Shown here: positions 25,733-39,974 of the stretch, piece after piece | Numbering within the stretch: the stretch's first letter is position 1 | How the letters are laid out: every line of letters starts with the position of its first letter | Assembly (NCBI GenBank): GCA_951406725.2 | Contig: OX597834.1 | Span: 5,890,001-5,954,000, forward strand | Source: Octopus vulgaris | Taxonomy: Eukaryota | DNA length: 64,000 nt | Direction of reading: 5' to 3' | Position numbers and translations under genes: made by a program | The notes under the pieces: generated by a model | Databases searched by the model: none | Told to the model about the DNA's origin: nothing | The model's input: the letters and a program-made list of their open reading frames with translations, nothing else

Positions 25733-27727
25733 ATGGTGTGCTAACGGTCTTGCCAGCTCACCCTCGTAAGGGTGAACTTAGATATATTGACCACACAAAC
25801 AAAATACGTTGCAAGTGACAGTACAGCACTTATGACCTTTGAGTAATATTTTATCAACTCAGTCACCTTTGCTTTCTAATAAAATATTAGTACACTGAAT
25901 AACAGAGTTGAAAGAAGGGGAAGAGCGGGGGTCCTTTCTAACATCTCCTGGCATCTCTTCACTTTTCTCTTACCCAGCACTATCTCTGTCCCCACTTGAA
26001 AGAAGAAAGAATACACTCAGCACCAATTATACGTGTTTCCTGTTAGAAGAACCACCAAAATATTAATCTATATCTAGTCCTGGCTTCTTGTCAATATTAC
26101 TGTAAAGACAACATGATCTGAATTAATAATGTTGATTTTTATTAGTGTTGTTTCCTTTCTATCTTCCTCACCAGCCAACATTCTCTCCACATCTTTCTCA
26201 CTCTGCCTCTCTCTATCTCTGTCTCTCTCTCTGTTGCTTCTCCTCTCTCTTTTTCTCTCTTATTTATATTGACAAAGTTACAAAATTACTTCACAATATA
26301 ATACAATAGTTGTAACTTGTTTACCAATTATAACAATTTAGGCTATGAAGTTTCCAACATAAGTTTGTATTTTTTTATATTCATACTTATTCCTTTCTGT
26401 TATTATATTTTTATCTATTTATTTTTTATTTATTTATTTATTTATTTATTTGTTAATTCTGAAGTTGATTTAGATTGAGATTTTTGTTAATTGAAATATA
26501 ATTTCTAAGTGATAAATCTAAAAATAAACGATTTGAAAATAAAACTTTTAAAAAAATTATTGCAAAATAAAAATGAAAAATTTTAAGATTGGGAATGAAA
26601 AAAGTGCAAAAAATTAAACTTAAGTCAATAAATGATTGATTTTAAATCAATATTTTTTTTTTAAAAAGCATTGAAATAAGCTTTGAGAATGGTGAGAGAT
26701 AAAAAAAAAAAAAAATGAACAGAAATCTTTTTATTTTTTATTTTTTATTTTTTATTTCTTTTACTTATTTTTAGATTTTTTTTTCTCTTTGTGTATATGG
26801 TAGGGGAAGTTAATATATTTAATGGATGGAGTTGGGGAAAACAGACTTTGCAAGTTTTATTGTTGTTGTTGTTGTTGTTTTTCTTTCTTCCTCTATAAAC
26901 ATAAATTAGATATTTGATAGAAATATTTTCTGGCAGTTTTACTTCAAAATATTTTTTTCATGAACTGTTGACCAAGCACGAAAACCACGTTTATTTGCCG
27001 AGAATAATTTCCCATGAAATCACTCTAGAGTAAACTTTATTGGTTCTCTTCATCTCTTACCATTTTATTTCATTTCTGTAGGTGTCGATGGTGATGGAGG
27101 TGGGCGTAATTGAAAAATCATAATTGAAAAAATATTTAATAAGGAAGAACAGAATTATATATCTCATTGAACCCCACTAAAATTAGTTTATTGAAACTCT
27201 AAGTCCACAGGCTGAGAAGTTGAAATAAATTATATTATATGCTATAAGCACCAATTTGGAACACAAAAGAAGAATAGGTGTGCTGTCAGACTTGGATAAG
27301 TACCATCTTGCCACATGACCAAGCTAACAATTACACTTTAAAGCACCTGCCATACTCTCTTTTCTTGAATTTGGTGCTATGAATCACCTCACTGCTATTT
27401 TTAACTGAACTATTTTATCTCTATAAGATTCCTAGCAGGACTGGCAATTCTAGCAATGTCCAACCTGGTGACTTCTTACCTCATGTTGATATTAACAGGA
27501 AGAAATAACTTTGTGAATGAAATCTTTAATCACAGTTTTGATGTAAAGGTTATTAAAAATGATACACAACGATTTGAGTTCAAAAATAGTTGCAGGTTCA
27601 CTAACAAGCTGCAAACTAAGTCACAATTGCATCGGTTCTTTGTAAGAAAGAAGCTGATATGAAACACTTCACTGTAAAAATATGAAAGACTTCATTGATA
27701 AAATATCAAAATTAGTTAAGTGAGCAC

Positions 27728-28230
27728 TTATTTCTTTACTGCCCACAAGGAGCTACACACAGAGGGGACAAACAAGGAGAGACAAATGGATTAAGTCAAT
27801 TTTATCGACCCCAGTGCGTAAGTGGTACTTACTTAATCGACCCCGAAAGGATGAAAGGCAAAGTCGACCTCGGCAGAATTTGAACTCAGAATGTAGCGGC
27901 AGATGAAATACTTATTTTGTAAATGACTAATTCTGCTCAAAAACATAAGGGAGACAACTTCAATAATTTTTATTTATCAGCTTCAAATTTTGGGACAAGG
28001 CCAACAGTTTTGAAAAAATATTTATAAGGAAGAACAAAATTATGTATCTCATATATAGATATGTCGATTACAACAACCCCAGTGGTCAACTGGTACTTAT
28101 TTTATTGACCTTGAAAGGATGAACAGAAAAGTTGACCCTGGTGGCATTTGACATCAAGACATAAAGTTGGAAGAAATACTGCAAAGTATCTTTTCCAGGA
28201 TGGTAATGCTTCTGCCAGCTCCCTGCCTTA
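27728..28230 (-). mobile_element. Family B SINE (27728-27910) and an older related copy
   Basis: tttctttactgcccacaagg..cgaccccgaaaggatgaaaggcaaagtcgacc. Confidence 0.8.
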
Positions 28231-28700
28231 AATATTATGATTAATTAAAATTAATTAAATATTGAATGCCGTGGAATATATACCTGAATTTTAACAGTAT
28301 GATGATATTTGGATGTTTTACTCATCATATTGGACATGCTCACTGAAGAGCTGTCTAACAATCACTGCAGATCATTGATGATGAGAGAAGTACATAAAGT
28401 ACATATAAGTCTTGAAGCTTGTGTTAAGTGACCGGTGGCATACTTTGTGAAAACAAAATTATAGGCATGACTCTGTGGTAAGAAGCTTGCTTCCCAACCA
28501 CATGGTTCAAGGTTCAGTCCTACTGCATGGCACTTTGGGTAAGTGTCCTCTGCTATAGCCCTGGGCTGACCAAAGCCTTGTGTGTGGATTTGGATTTAGT
28601 AGACAGAAACTGAAAGAAGCCTATCATGTGTATATATATATATATACATATACTGTTGTGTCTGGGGAGTCATTTTCTTTTTGTGCCTTATAATCCAAAA

Positions 28701-28748
<48 letters not shown>

Positions 28749-29017
28749 TATTAATATTAGGGAAGTTATTTCCAAGTCCACAGGGGAGAAAAATTCAATT
28801 TAGTGGTACTAAAATGAATTACTCACTGTATTATATACATATATATATAGGTTTCAGAGACAGAATCACCCTCAAGCAACTCAATCATCATTGAATGACA
28901 TTATCCACTATAGGGACATATAGGACTAAATATTAAAATTATCAAAATTAATACCTACAATTCTTATTCCAAATTATCAAAATTAATACTTTTAATTCTT
29001 ATTAGAAATCATATACT

Positions 29018-29124
29018 CTACTACACGTGTTTCATGACAACATATTCCTCGATATTGCTGAAAGAGAATGTCTCGAAATACAATACCATATTAAAACGAT
29101 CATATTGCCAATCTTCAGGTCTAG
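29018..29124 (-). ncRNA. Type I hammerhead ribozyme, complete core, long stem-loop II
   Basis: Reverse: ctagac CTGAAGA t tggcaatat ... atgttgtca t GAAA CACGTG TA gtag; 9-bp stem II, palindromic stem III ACACGTGT, GUA site; stem I weak. Confidence 0.65.
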
Positions 29125-30189
29125 CATATATGAACTTATTTTGCTGTTTACATCCTAAATAAAGACATGACCAACTAAAATTATATAACTAGAAGTTGTT
29201 GGAATTATTTTACTTTAGTAAATAATGAACAGAAATGTGGAATAAAAGTAGGAAAAAGAAATGTTTGTAAAAAGAAATGTTAAGTCATCTGTATGGTAAT
29301 TTTCTCTCCATGAATTAAACATGGCTAACATCAATCATATAATTCAACATTGAGAGCTACTTTTTTTGGGGGGGGGGATAATTCTCATTAACATTTAAAA
29401 GTACTTAATTTCTATTATTTATAATTACCTTGTAAGGGAAGTGAATAATAATAAATCAGGAGAATTTTTTTTCCTGGCTAATTTATTTTATTTATAAACC
29501 CATGCTAGCATGGAAAGTGGGCGTTAAATGATGATGATGATGTTAACTTTGATAAATAAGAAATTTCTAGGTCAGTTACTAGGTAAACTAAAATTACTCA
29601 AAATATAATTTTAAAATATTTAAAAATATTTTGAAACAAGTAAAAGTCAGTAAGAATTAGTAAAAATCAGTAAAAATCTAATTTTTTATTATTTTTATAA
29701 TTATAATTCAATTAATCTATATTGATTATACCATTATTCTTAAAATTGAGTTTCTAATTTAAGATTAAAAATTTAGAATAATACCATCTAATATTATACT
29801 ATAACTTTTTATTAAGAAACTAAAATATCTGAAACTAGAAGTTAATTAAATATTATCTTACATTTATATATGAATAAGTAGATATATTCTAGTTATACTA
29901 AATAATAAAATATGATTATACATTATATCTAAGTATTATGATAAAATTTTATTTGAATTAGAATTATAGTTTTATTTATTTTCTAAAGAATCAAATGTTA
30001 TCTCATCTTATTAAACCTTTTTCTGATGATATCTGAAAAGAAACAGCAATTTTAGCAAAACATATTAAGCAACATTAATAATAATCAAAAAACATAAAAA
30101 TAAACATGCTTTTGATGGTTTTACAGATATTTCAAAATTATAATACTCTGATGATAGATGTTTCCATTAATTTGTCCAACCTCTTTTTT

Positions 30190-30427
30190 TATCTTTTACT
30201 TTTTATGTTTTACTTGTTTCAGTCATTTGACTGTTGCCATGCTGGAGCATCGCCTTTAGTTGAGCAAATCTACCCCAGGACTTATTCTTTGTATGCCTAG
30301 TACTTATTCTATCGGTTTCTTTTGCCAAACCACTAAGTTACAGGGACATAAATGCACCAGCATCGGTTGTCAAGCAATGTTGGGGGGACAAACACAGACA
30401 CACAAATATATACACACACACATACAT

Positions 30428-30488
<61 letters not shown>

Positions 30489-30879
30489 AAATTAGAAAAA
30501 AAACACCTATTATCAATTCAAAATGAATATTTAAATTACACCATCTAGAAAATTACATATAATAGAAAAGTTAAAATTAAAACAACAATAAAATGTAAAG
30601 ATTAAGTAAATTGCCAAAATAATAATAAAAATGTATATAATAGGTAATAATATAATATATATTATAAATATATAAATATTATAAAAATAATATATAATAC
30701 ATTTTCTATTATATGTAATTTCCTAGATGGTGTAATTTAATTATTCATTTTGAATTGATAATAGGTGTTTTTTACTAATTATTTATATATATATTATATT
30801 GTGTGAAATTTGATTTAGTATTTCTAAATTGAATTTTTTTTTCCTTGTAAGTTTGGATTTTATTCCCTCAAATAATAAT

Positions 30880-30933
<54 letters not shown>

Positions 30934-31091
30934 GCCTCTATCAGTTTCTGTCTACGAAATCCACTCACAAGGCTTTGGTCGGTCCAAGGCTATAGTAGAG
31001 GACACTTGCCCAAGGTGCTATGCAGTGGGATTGAACCCGGAACCATGTGGTTCATAAGCAAGCTACTTACCTCACAGCCACTCCTACGCCT
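30190..31091 (-). mobile_element. Family A SINE split by an inverted-repeat element inserted in its central microsatellite
   Basis: Tail 30190-30400, head 30930-31091. Confidence 0.8.
30490..30780. repeat. ~82-bp inverted repeat with AT-rich spacer
   Basis: aattag..cacctattatcaattcaaaatgaat..aaattacaccatctag.aaattacatataatagaaaa (30490-30571) versus its reverse complement (30699-30780). Confidence 0.9.
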
Positions 31092-31284
31092 TGTTTATCT
31101 ACCTCTGTAAATATATATATATATATGTAAATGTAAAAAAATACAAACTGGGACAAGAACGTGAAACATTTAGAAGACGATACAAAAAGCACAGACGGGA
31201 CATTCAAAGCCTTCAATCTTCAGTCAAGAACCGGATCATCTTCGCAATTTCGGCTGATTAATCTTGACAAATATATATATATTT

Positions 31285-31335
<51 letters not shown>

Positions 31336-32094
31336 AGTAAGCACATAAATGCAAACCAAAAGCTGTAAAAAATGGTACTTCAATACCCAAGGTAGAGTGA
31401 TATGCTTTCATCAAAGCGGCAAAATCTTCGCAAAATCTTCACAGATGTGAAACTCATCTTCACATTCCTGTTTTCTGGACAGTTCTGATGAATACTAAAT
31501 TAAGATCGTGATATATGCATGTGTGTGTGTGTGTGTGTGTGCGTGTGTGCAAATATGCATATGTATATATGTGTGTGTGTATACGCATACAAGGTTGGAC
31601 ACGTGCCATGCACAAAATAAGTTCAGTACATTCTGGAATTGACAAACAGATGCTTCAATTTTTCCTAAAACTGAATAAATAAATAAAATAACAATGAATA
31701 CAAATGTGCTTGTACATGATGAACAACAAGATGAATAAATAATGAGGATAACAATGTAATTTAAATAAAATGTCAAATGTTTTGATGCATGATATTCGAC
31801 CCATCACACATACACACACACACATATATGATGGATAGAGAGAGAGAGAGAGAGTAGTTTAAGAAGAACACTTGATGCTTTTCTTAATGATCTACTCGTA
31901 ATAAACTGTATGGTTGCCAAAGGGAGGAGAGACAGAAGAGGCTGGGGTTGTGTAAAGTGGACAGACAAAGCGAAAAATGCAAATTTGTAAAGTGCAAGTT
32001 TATACTGTGTCATTGAATGACTTTTCTTGTTTCCAATTATTTTTGGGATGTTTGCTTGTATACCAGCAATTCTGTTCCTAGTGTAGGAGTGGTG

Positions 32095-32246
32095 ATGGTC
32101 TTTTGCAGGGCTTAGAAAAACTGAAGGACCTCTGCAATAAGTGCCTGAATCCAAGAACAGAATATGTTGAATAAAATTGTAATTAACTGCTCGCACTCTA
32201 TTTTTTATTTTACTCATAACCAGGAACTTTTCAGCACTCCCTCGCA
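32095..32246 (+). mobile_element. Mariner 3' end remnant, same family as 973-1197 (extra TIR copy at ~32369-32389)
   Basis: GLEKLKDLCNKCLNPRTEYVE* followed by TIR caggaacttttcagcactccctcg. Confidence 0.7.
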
Positions 32247-32287
32247 TACATGCATGCACACACACATAATGTACATACACAGGCAAG

Positions 32288-32345
<58 letters not shown>

Positions 32346-32399
32346 TATATTTATGTATGCATGCTCCTAACTTTTCAGCACTTCCTCGTAAACATGCAT

Positions 32400-32448
<49 letters not shown>

Positions 32449-32478
32449 CAAGAAAAAAGCAACAAGAATGGATTAGTT

Positions 32479-32569
32479 TTTCAGTACAATTGTTTCATAC
32501 AAAGACTAGCTTTATTAAAAGCTGCAAATATTGCAGCAAATACAAGTGTCCCGTACTCATCAGCCAAAA
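32479..32569 (-). ncRNA. Type I hammerhead ribozyme, complete core (paralog of 55681-55771)
   Basis: Reverse: ttttgg CTGATGA gtacgggac ... gtctttgtat GAAA CAATTG TA ctgaaa; stems I and II pair with G-U wobbles. Confidence 0.78.
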
Positions 32570-32859
32570 CACATATGAGTTCTCCAAGCATCCTAGTGGG
32601 TGAGGCTACACTCATGAAGTATCGAAGATAGTTCTATTAAAAGCAAATTTAGATTGTAAGCAGACTTCCAAAGTTCTCTAATGATGCACAGTCTTATAAC
32701 AGGCTTTAAAAAAGCTTTTTAGCTTCACAGAAAAGGTGAATCCATCCATAATGTAGGTGCAATTACTGGAGATATGAGGAGATATTTCTTTATATATATA
32801 TATATATATGCCTACATTTATGTATGAATGCTCCTAATGGTTTCCTGGACTCTGTAGCT

Positions 32860-33058
32860 CAGTGGTTCCAAAACTATGAGTCGCGACCCACGAATGGGTC
32901 GTGAACGGAATCTTAGTGGATCGCAAAATGTTATAAAATTACGCATTAGCTTTGATTAAATGCTGTCTATCGAGATAGTTCAAGTAGAGTTAAGTGGGTC
33001 GTCATAAACTGATGTGATAAATAGTGGGTCGCAACTCCAAAAAGTTTGGGAACCACTG
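32860..33058. mobile_element. hAT/Charlie-type MITE, 199 bp, with perfect 8-bp TSD
   Basis: TIRs cagtggttccaaaact / agtttgggaaccactg; TSD ctgtagct at 32852-32859 and 33059-33066; internal gggtcg subrepeats. Confidence 0.92.
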
Positions 33059-33835
33059 CTGTAGCTTATATATTGCTCACTGGATGGGATGCCAGTCCAC
33101 AGGGTTACTCACTTTTGCCAGATGAATGGATTGGAATAAATGGGAAATGGTGTGTTTTATTCAAGATCCAGAAATTTAGACCACAACATTATAATCATGT
33201 GTGCAACCCCAACCTCACTGCTAAATCCTGTACCTATGCACACACACACACACACACACATGGGAATGTATTTTTTCAGGTTTTTACATTTTTTTCCTCT
33301 GTGGACATCTGCTAAATGAATACATTATCACCTTTACAACCAAATGGCCTTCCTGCAACTAACCCTTAAATGTTTTTCAAATAAAAGGTCTTTTAACCAT
33401 ATTTCCATACCTGTTCAGAAGCTCAGAGTCAGTAGATTACTTTTTGACTGGGAAAATGACAATGCCACCATGATTTACAGCTCAACAATTTTCAGAGGAG
33501 TGCAAATAGAAACACGCATATATGATGATGATGATGATGATGATGATGATGGTGGTGTGTTCATGAGTGTGTGTTGTACATGTATGCTTAGACACAAATC
33601 TGAGTGTGTATGTAAATATGTATATATTACCAGTCAAGAAATCATGAAGTGATACAAACTGGTGACTTTTGAAATGTTTTGAATGTGTAATTTGTATATA
33701 TTCACCTGAGGAATAGGTTTCTTTATCACATGATGTAATATCGCTCTTCATTAATTCAAAAATTAGTTTGAAACAGCTGTAGTGAATGTAAAGTTATTCA
33801 TCTGTTGTTATTTTGATATATATATATTGTTATTT

Positions 33836-33876
<41 letters not shown>

Positions 33877-33899
33877 TAAATATAAAAGATCAAACTCTT

Positions 33900-34120
33900 C
33901 TGAGCCATTGGCCTATAAGGTTGATTTCCTCCACCCCTCCTGCAGAATAGGATGCCCGTGTGTTGCAGGATTATTCATTTTTGTCAGCTGAGTGAACTGG
34001 ACTGGAACAGCATGATATGAAGGGTTTGGCTCAAGATCACAAAACACCGCCCAGTTCAGGAATTGAAACCACAATCTTGCAATCATGAGTGCAACACACT
34101 AACCACTGTCACATGCCTTC
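33900..34120 (-). mobile_element. Ancient tRNA-derived SINE
   Basis: Reverse head gaaggcatgtgacagtggttagtgtg..ggtttcaattcc; related fragment at ~33075-33230. Confidence 0.55.
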
Positions 34121-34150
34121 CCCACCACATATATGTATGCATACGTATAT

Positions 34151-34259
<109 letters not shown>

Positions 34260-35045
34260 CACACACGTGCATAGATATATGCATGTATGTATGTATGTAT
34301 GGAAAACATGTCTGCTTAAAGATGATAAAATATTAAAAAGTACTGAAAATTATAAGATAAAAGAAAAAAGAAAAAGAATGGAAATCCCAAAGTATCGTTA
34401 AAGGTCAACTTAAAACAATGTTTAGTCTTTCAAAAAAAGAATTGAACAAATATCTTTGAAAAATTGTTGAGGATAAGAATGGGAAATAAGTTCATATATT
34501 CACCATTAATCCTATTTGTTGGTCACATTTTCTATTTCAATGATTTCTCAATGATTTTGTATTCAAGAAGCAACAATCTGTTATTCTTTTTTGGCACTTT
34601 TTCCAAAAACAGGAAAGAAAAGTCATTTGTTACCCAAGAAACAAAATGAAAAAAAAAGGAATATACAAAAAAAAATATATACAAGAATATATTAAAACAA
34701 AAACGAAAAACGTTTTTAAAGAAGAAAATCGTTTTTGTGCCATTTTGTATCCTACATTAGACTTTTGGACAATTACTTCCCATGTCTACTTCACTTCTGC
34801 TTGTCTTACAGTCTCACATGACCACACATATACATACATAGACATAGAAACATAAATACACTCCATCATTCATACTTATTTTTATAATCCTTTGTCACTT
34901 TTTCCTCATCTTCTTTTTCCTCATATTTTTTCTCTGTCCACTTTCTTCTCATTTGCTCTCTCTCACACTCTGTCTCTTTATCGGTCATTGACATTTTTTT
35001 TTATTTCTATTACTCCTCTCCGCTCTCTTCCTGACGCTCCTTGCA

Positions 35046-35086
<41 letters not shown>

Positions 35087-35250
35087 CCAATTCTTGGTAT
35101 GTCTCTCCGTCTATCTGTCATTCATATTTCTTCCTCCTCCTCCTCCTCCTCTTCCTGTTTCTGCTACTTTTTCTTGCCTCCTCCATAAATGACTGTGGAA
35201 TGATCACAAAGATTACAAATATTAATCAATTTGTGTTTGTAGTTTACATA

Positions 35251-36430
<1,180 letters not shown>

Positions 36431-36991
36431 CCACACCGATGCCTACACAGACCACATATGCCTATGTATCAGTCCACTAATTTTGACAGAGATAAAGTAC
36501 AAAAGCAGTGCAGAACATTGTTGTTTGGTAAAAGATTAATTTGAAAGGAAAATGATTGGAAACAAACAAACAGCAAAGACAGAAACAAAAGACTGTCAAA
36601 CGTGGTGTTGCAAAGGAAATAAAAAAAAATGATAAGTTGTTACCAGAACAGACTGGATACAGATAAAAGCAACTGAGAACAAAATGACTGTATATTCTTA
36701 GAATAGTTTCCAACGAATGCCATGTCAAGGCAATTAACCCTTATAATAGTTCAATCAAATTGAATACTAATTAGTACATAGATGCAGGTGTGTGGTTGTT
36801 TCTAAGAAGCTTTCTTTGCTACCACATGCCTGACATGGCACCTTGGGCAAGTGTCTTCTTCTATAGCCTCAGGCCTGTGTGTGAACAGCTATGCTACATG
36901 GCAGTGAAACATGGGCTGTGACAGCCAAACACATGTGTAGGCTTGAAAGAAATGAAGCCAGTATACTTTAAAGGTATATATATATATATAT

Positions 36992-37417
36992 AGGCGCAGG
37001 AGTGGCTGTGTGGTAAGTAGCTTGCTAACCAGCCACATGGTTCTGGGTTCAGTCCCACTGCGTGGCATCTTGGGCAAGTGTCTTCTGCTATAGCCCCGGG
37101 CCGACCAATGCCTTGTGAGTGGATTTGGTAGACGGAAACTGAAAGAAGCCTGTCGTATATATGTATATATATATATATATATAAGTGTATGTGTATATGT
37201 TTGTGTGTCTGTGTTTGTCCCCCTAGCATTGCTTGACAACCGATGCTGGTGTGTTTACGTCCCCGTCACTTAGCGGTTCGGCAAAAGAGACCGATAGAAT
37301 AAGTACTGGGCTTACAAAGAATAAGTCCCGGGGTCGATTTGCTCGACTAAAGGTGGTGCTCCAGCATGGCTGCAGTCAAATGACTGAAACAAGTAAAAGA
37401 GAGTAGAGAGTAAAGAG
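36992..37417 (+). mobile_element. Family A SINE, young full-length copy
   Basis: Complete head and tail; nearly the reverse complement of 37990-38397. Confidence 0.93.
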
Positions 37418-37434
37418 TATATACATATATATAT

Positions 37435-37650
37435 CATCATCATCATCATCATCGTTTAACGTCCGCTTTCCATGCTAGCATGGGCTGGACGGTTCAACTG
37501 GGGTCTGGCAAGCCCGAAGGCTGCACCAGGCCAGTCAGATCTGGCAGTGTTTCTACAGCTGGATGCCCTTCCTAACGCCAACCACTCCGAGAGTGTAGTG
37601 GGTGATTTTATGTGCCACCGACACAGGTGCCAGACGAGGCTGGCAGACGG
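37435..37650 (-). mobile_element. Family C (RTE 3' end) fragment
   Basis: (cat)n gtttaacgtccgctttccatgctagcatggg..ggatgcccttcctaacgcc. Confidence 0.8.
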
Positions 37651-37989
37651 CATACATATATATATATACATATATATACACACACACACATGCACACATG
37701 CATATATATTCTAAAAATAAATGGGCAAATGCTCTGAAATATTCATGAAGTAGTATACTTACGAAGTCGACTGGTTTTTGTCGGTTTTGGCTGATCTTGA
37801 CCAACTTTAGAAATATTTTCAAACAATTGTTTTTTTTTATAGAAACCAAACAGGGATAAGCAAGTGAAAGCTTCTGTCAGTAGATTATTGCAACCTGTAT
37901 AAGATATTCTTTGGAGAAGAAGGAGAGCTTGATCAGATCGAATCAGAAGTTTCCGTGTTCGTGTGTAAGTTATTACACAGGTTTCTAAC

Positions 37990-38397
37990 TACTCTTTTAC
38001 TTGTTTCAGACATTTGACTGCGGCCATGCTGGAGCACCGCCTTTAGTCGAGCAAATCGACCCCGGGACTTATTCTTTGTAAGCCCAGTACTTATTCTATC
38101 GGTCTCTTTTGCCGAACCACTAAGTGACGGGGACGTAAACACACCAGCATCGGTTGTCAAGCAATGCTAGGGAGACAAACACAGACACACAAACATATAC
38201 ACACACACTTATATATATATATATATATACATATATACGACAGGCTTCTTTCAGTTTCCGTCTACCAAATCCACTCACAAGGCATTGGTCCGCCCGGGGC
38301 TTTAGCAGAAGACACTTGCCCAAGATGCCACGCAGTGGGACTGAACCCGGAACCATGTGGTTGGTTAGCAAGCTACTTACCACACAGCCACTCCTGC
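37990..38397 (-). mobile_element. Family A SINE, young full-length copy
   Basis: Complete tail-to-head on the minus strand. Confidence 0.93.
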
Positions 38398-38429
38398 TGA
38401 TTAAAAATAAATGTATCCTCTTCTGCTTT

Positions 38430-39743
38430 AGGCACAAGGCACAAAATTTCCAAGGAGGGGAGCAGTCAATTAGACTGACTCCAGTATGCAACTGGTACTT
38501 AATTTATCGACCCTGAAAGGATGACAGGCAAAGTCAACCTTGGCGGAAATTGAACTCAAGATTTAAAGACAAATGAAATACCTATTTCTTTATTACCCAC
38601 AAGGGGCTAAACACAGACAGGACAGATAAATGGATTAAATCGATTATATCGGCCCCAGTGCGTAACTGGTACTTATTTAAGGTGGAGAGCTGGCAGAAAC
38701 GTTAGCACACCAGGGGCGAAATGTTTAACGGTATTTCGCTTGTCGTTACGTTGTGAGTTCAAATTCCGCCGAGGTTGACTTTGCCTTTCATCCTTTCGGG
38801 GTCGATGAATTAAGTACCAGTTACGCACTGCGGTCGATGTAATCGACTTAATACCTATGTCTGTCCTTGTTTGTCCCCTCTATGTTTAGCCCCTTGTGGG
38901 TAATAAAGAAATAGGTGCTTTTTTAATCGACCCCGAAAGGATGACAGACAAAGTCGACCTTGGCAGAAATTGAACTCAACATTTAAAGACAGGAAAGATA
39001 CCTATTTCTTTACTACCCACAAGGGGCTAAACACAGAGGGGACAAACAAGGACAGACAAACGGATTAAGTCGATTTCATCGACCCCAGTGCATAACTGGT
39101 ACTTAATTCTTCGACCCCGAAAGGATGAAAGGCAGAATTTGAACTCAGAATGTAACGATAGACGAAATACCTATTTCTTTACTACCTACAAGGGGCTAAA
39201 CATAGAGGGGACAAACAAGGACAGACAAACGGATTAAGTCGATTTCATCGACCCCAGTGCATAACTGGTACTTAATTCATCGACCCCGAAAGGATGAAAG
39301 GCAGAATTTGAACTCAGAATGTAACGATAGACGAAATACCTATTTCTTTATTACCTACAAGGGGCTAAACATAGAGGGGACAAACAAGGACAGACAAATG
39401 GATTAAGTCGATTATATCGACCCTAGTGCATAACTGGTACTTAATTCATCGACCCCGAAAGGATGAAAGGCAGAATTTGAACTCAGAATGTAACGATAGA
39501 CGAAATACCTATTTCTTTACTACCTACAAGGGGCTAAACATAGAGGGGACAAACAAGGACAGACAAACGGATTAAGTCGATTATATCGACCCTAGTGCGT
39601 AACTGGTACTTATTTAATCGACCCCAAAAGGATAAAAGGCAAAGCTGACCTCGGCTGAATTTGAACTCAGAATGTAGCAGCAGACGAAATACCGCTAAGC
39701 ATTTCGCCAGGTGTGCTAACGTTTCTGCCAGCTCGTCACCTTA
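38430..39743 (-). mobile_element. Family B SINE head-to-tail multimer (including three 169-bp units) with a nested plus-strand copy (38681-38913)
   Basis: cgaccccgaaagg at 39112, 39281 and 39450; recurring junction gacgaaatacctatttcttt; single head at ~39690-39743. Confidence 0.92.
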
Positions 39744-39974
39744 AAAATGAATATATCGATGCAGGTGTGGTTGTGTGGTAAGAACTTAGCTTTTCAATCA
39801 CATGGTTCCCAGTTCAGTCTCACTGCATTGCACCTTGAGCAAGTGTCTTCCATGGTCAGACATGTTCTCCACAGAAGACTGGAAACGAACGGCCGTGCGT
39901 ATTTGACGACAATGATGCATGTGTATATGTGTGTGTTTAGAACATTTTTAAAAATCTTTTTACTGATTGGTCAT

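Noticed and set aside
27082-27113. Possible terminal exon after ttcatttctgtag (GVDGDGGGRN*)
   Set aside because: Good acceptor, but too short and no partner exons; needs RNA-seq
30023-30045. CTGATGA..GAAA words at 30023, 9865 and 51988
   Set aside because: No pairable stems I, II or III; expected by chance in AT-rich DNA
29190-30120. Extremely AT-rich stretch resembling a mitochondrial rRNA insertion (NUMT)
   Set aside because: Only two weak 16S-like words, in the wrong order; a BLASTn against cephalopod mtDNA would be needed
39112-39620. Regular repeats superficially like a CRISPR array
   Set aside because: Identical 169-bp SINE units with no unique spacers and no cas genes; eukaryotic context
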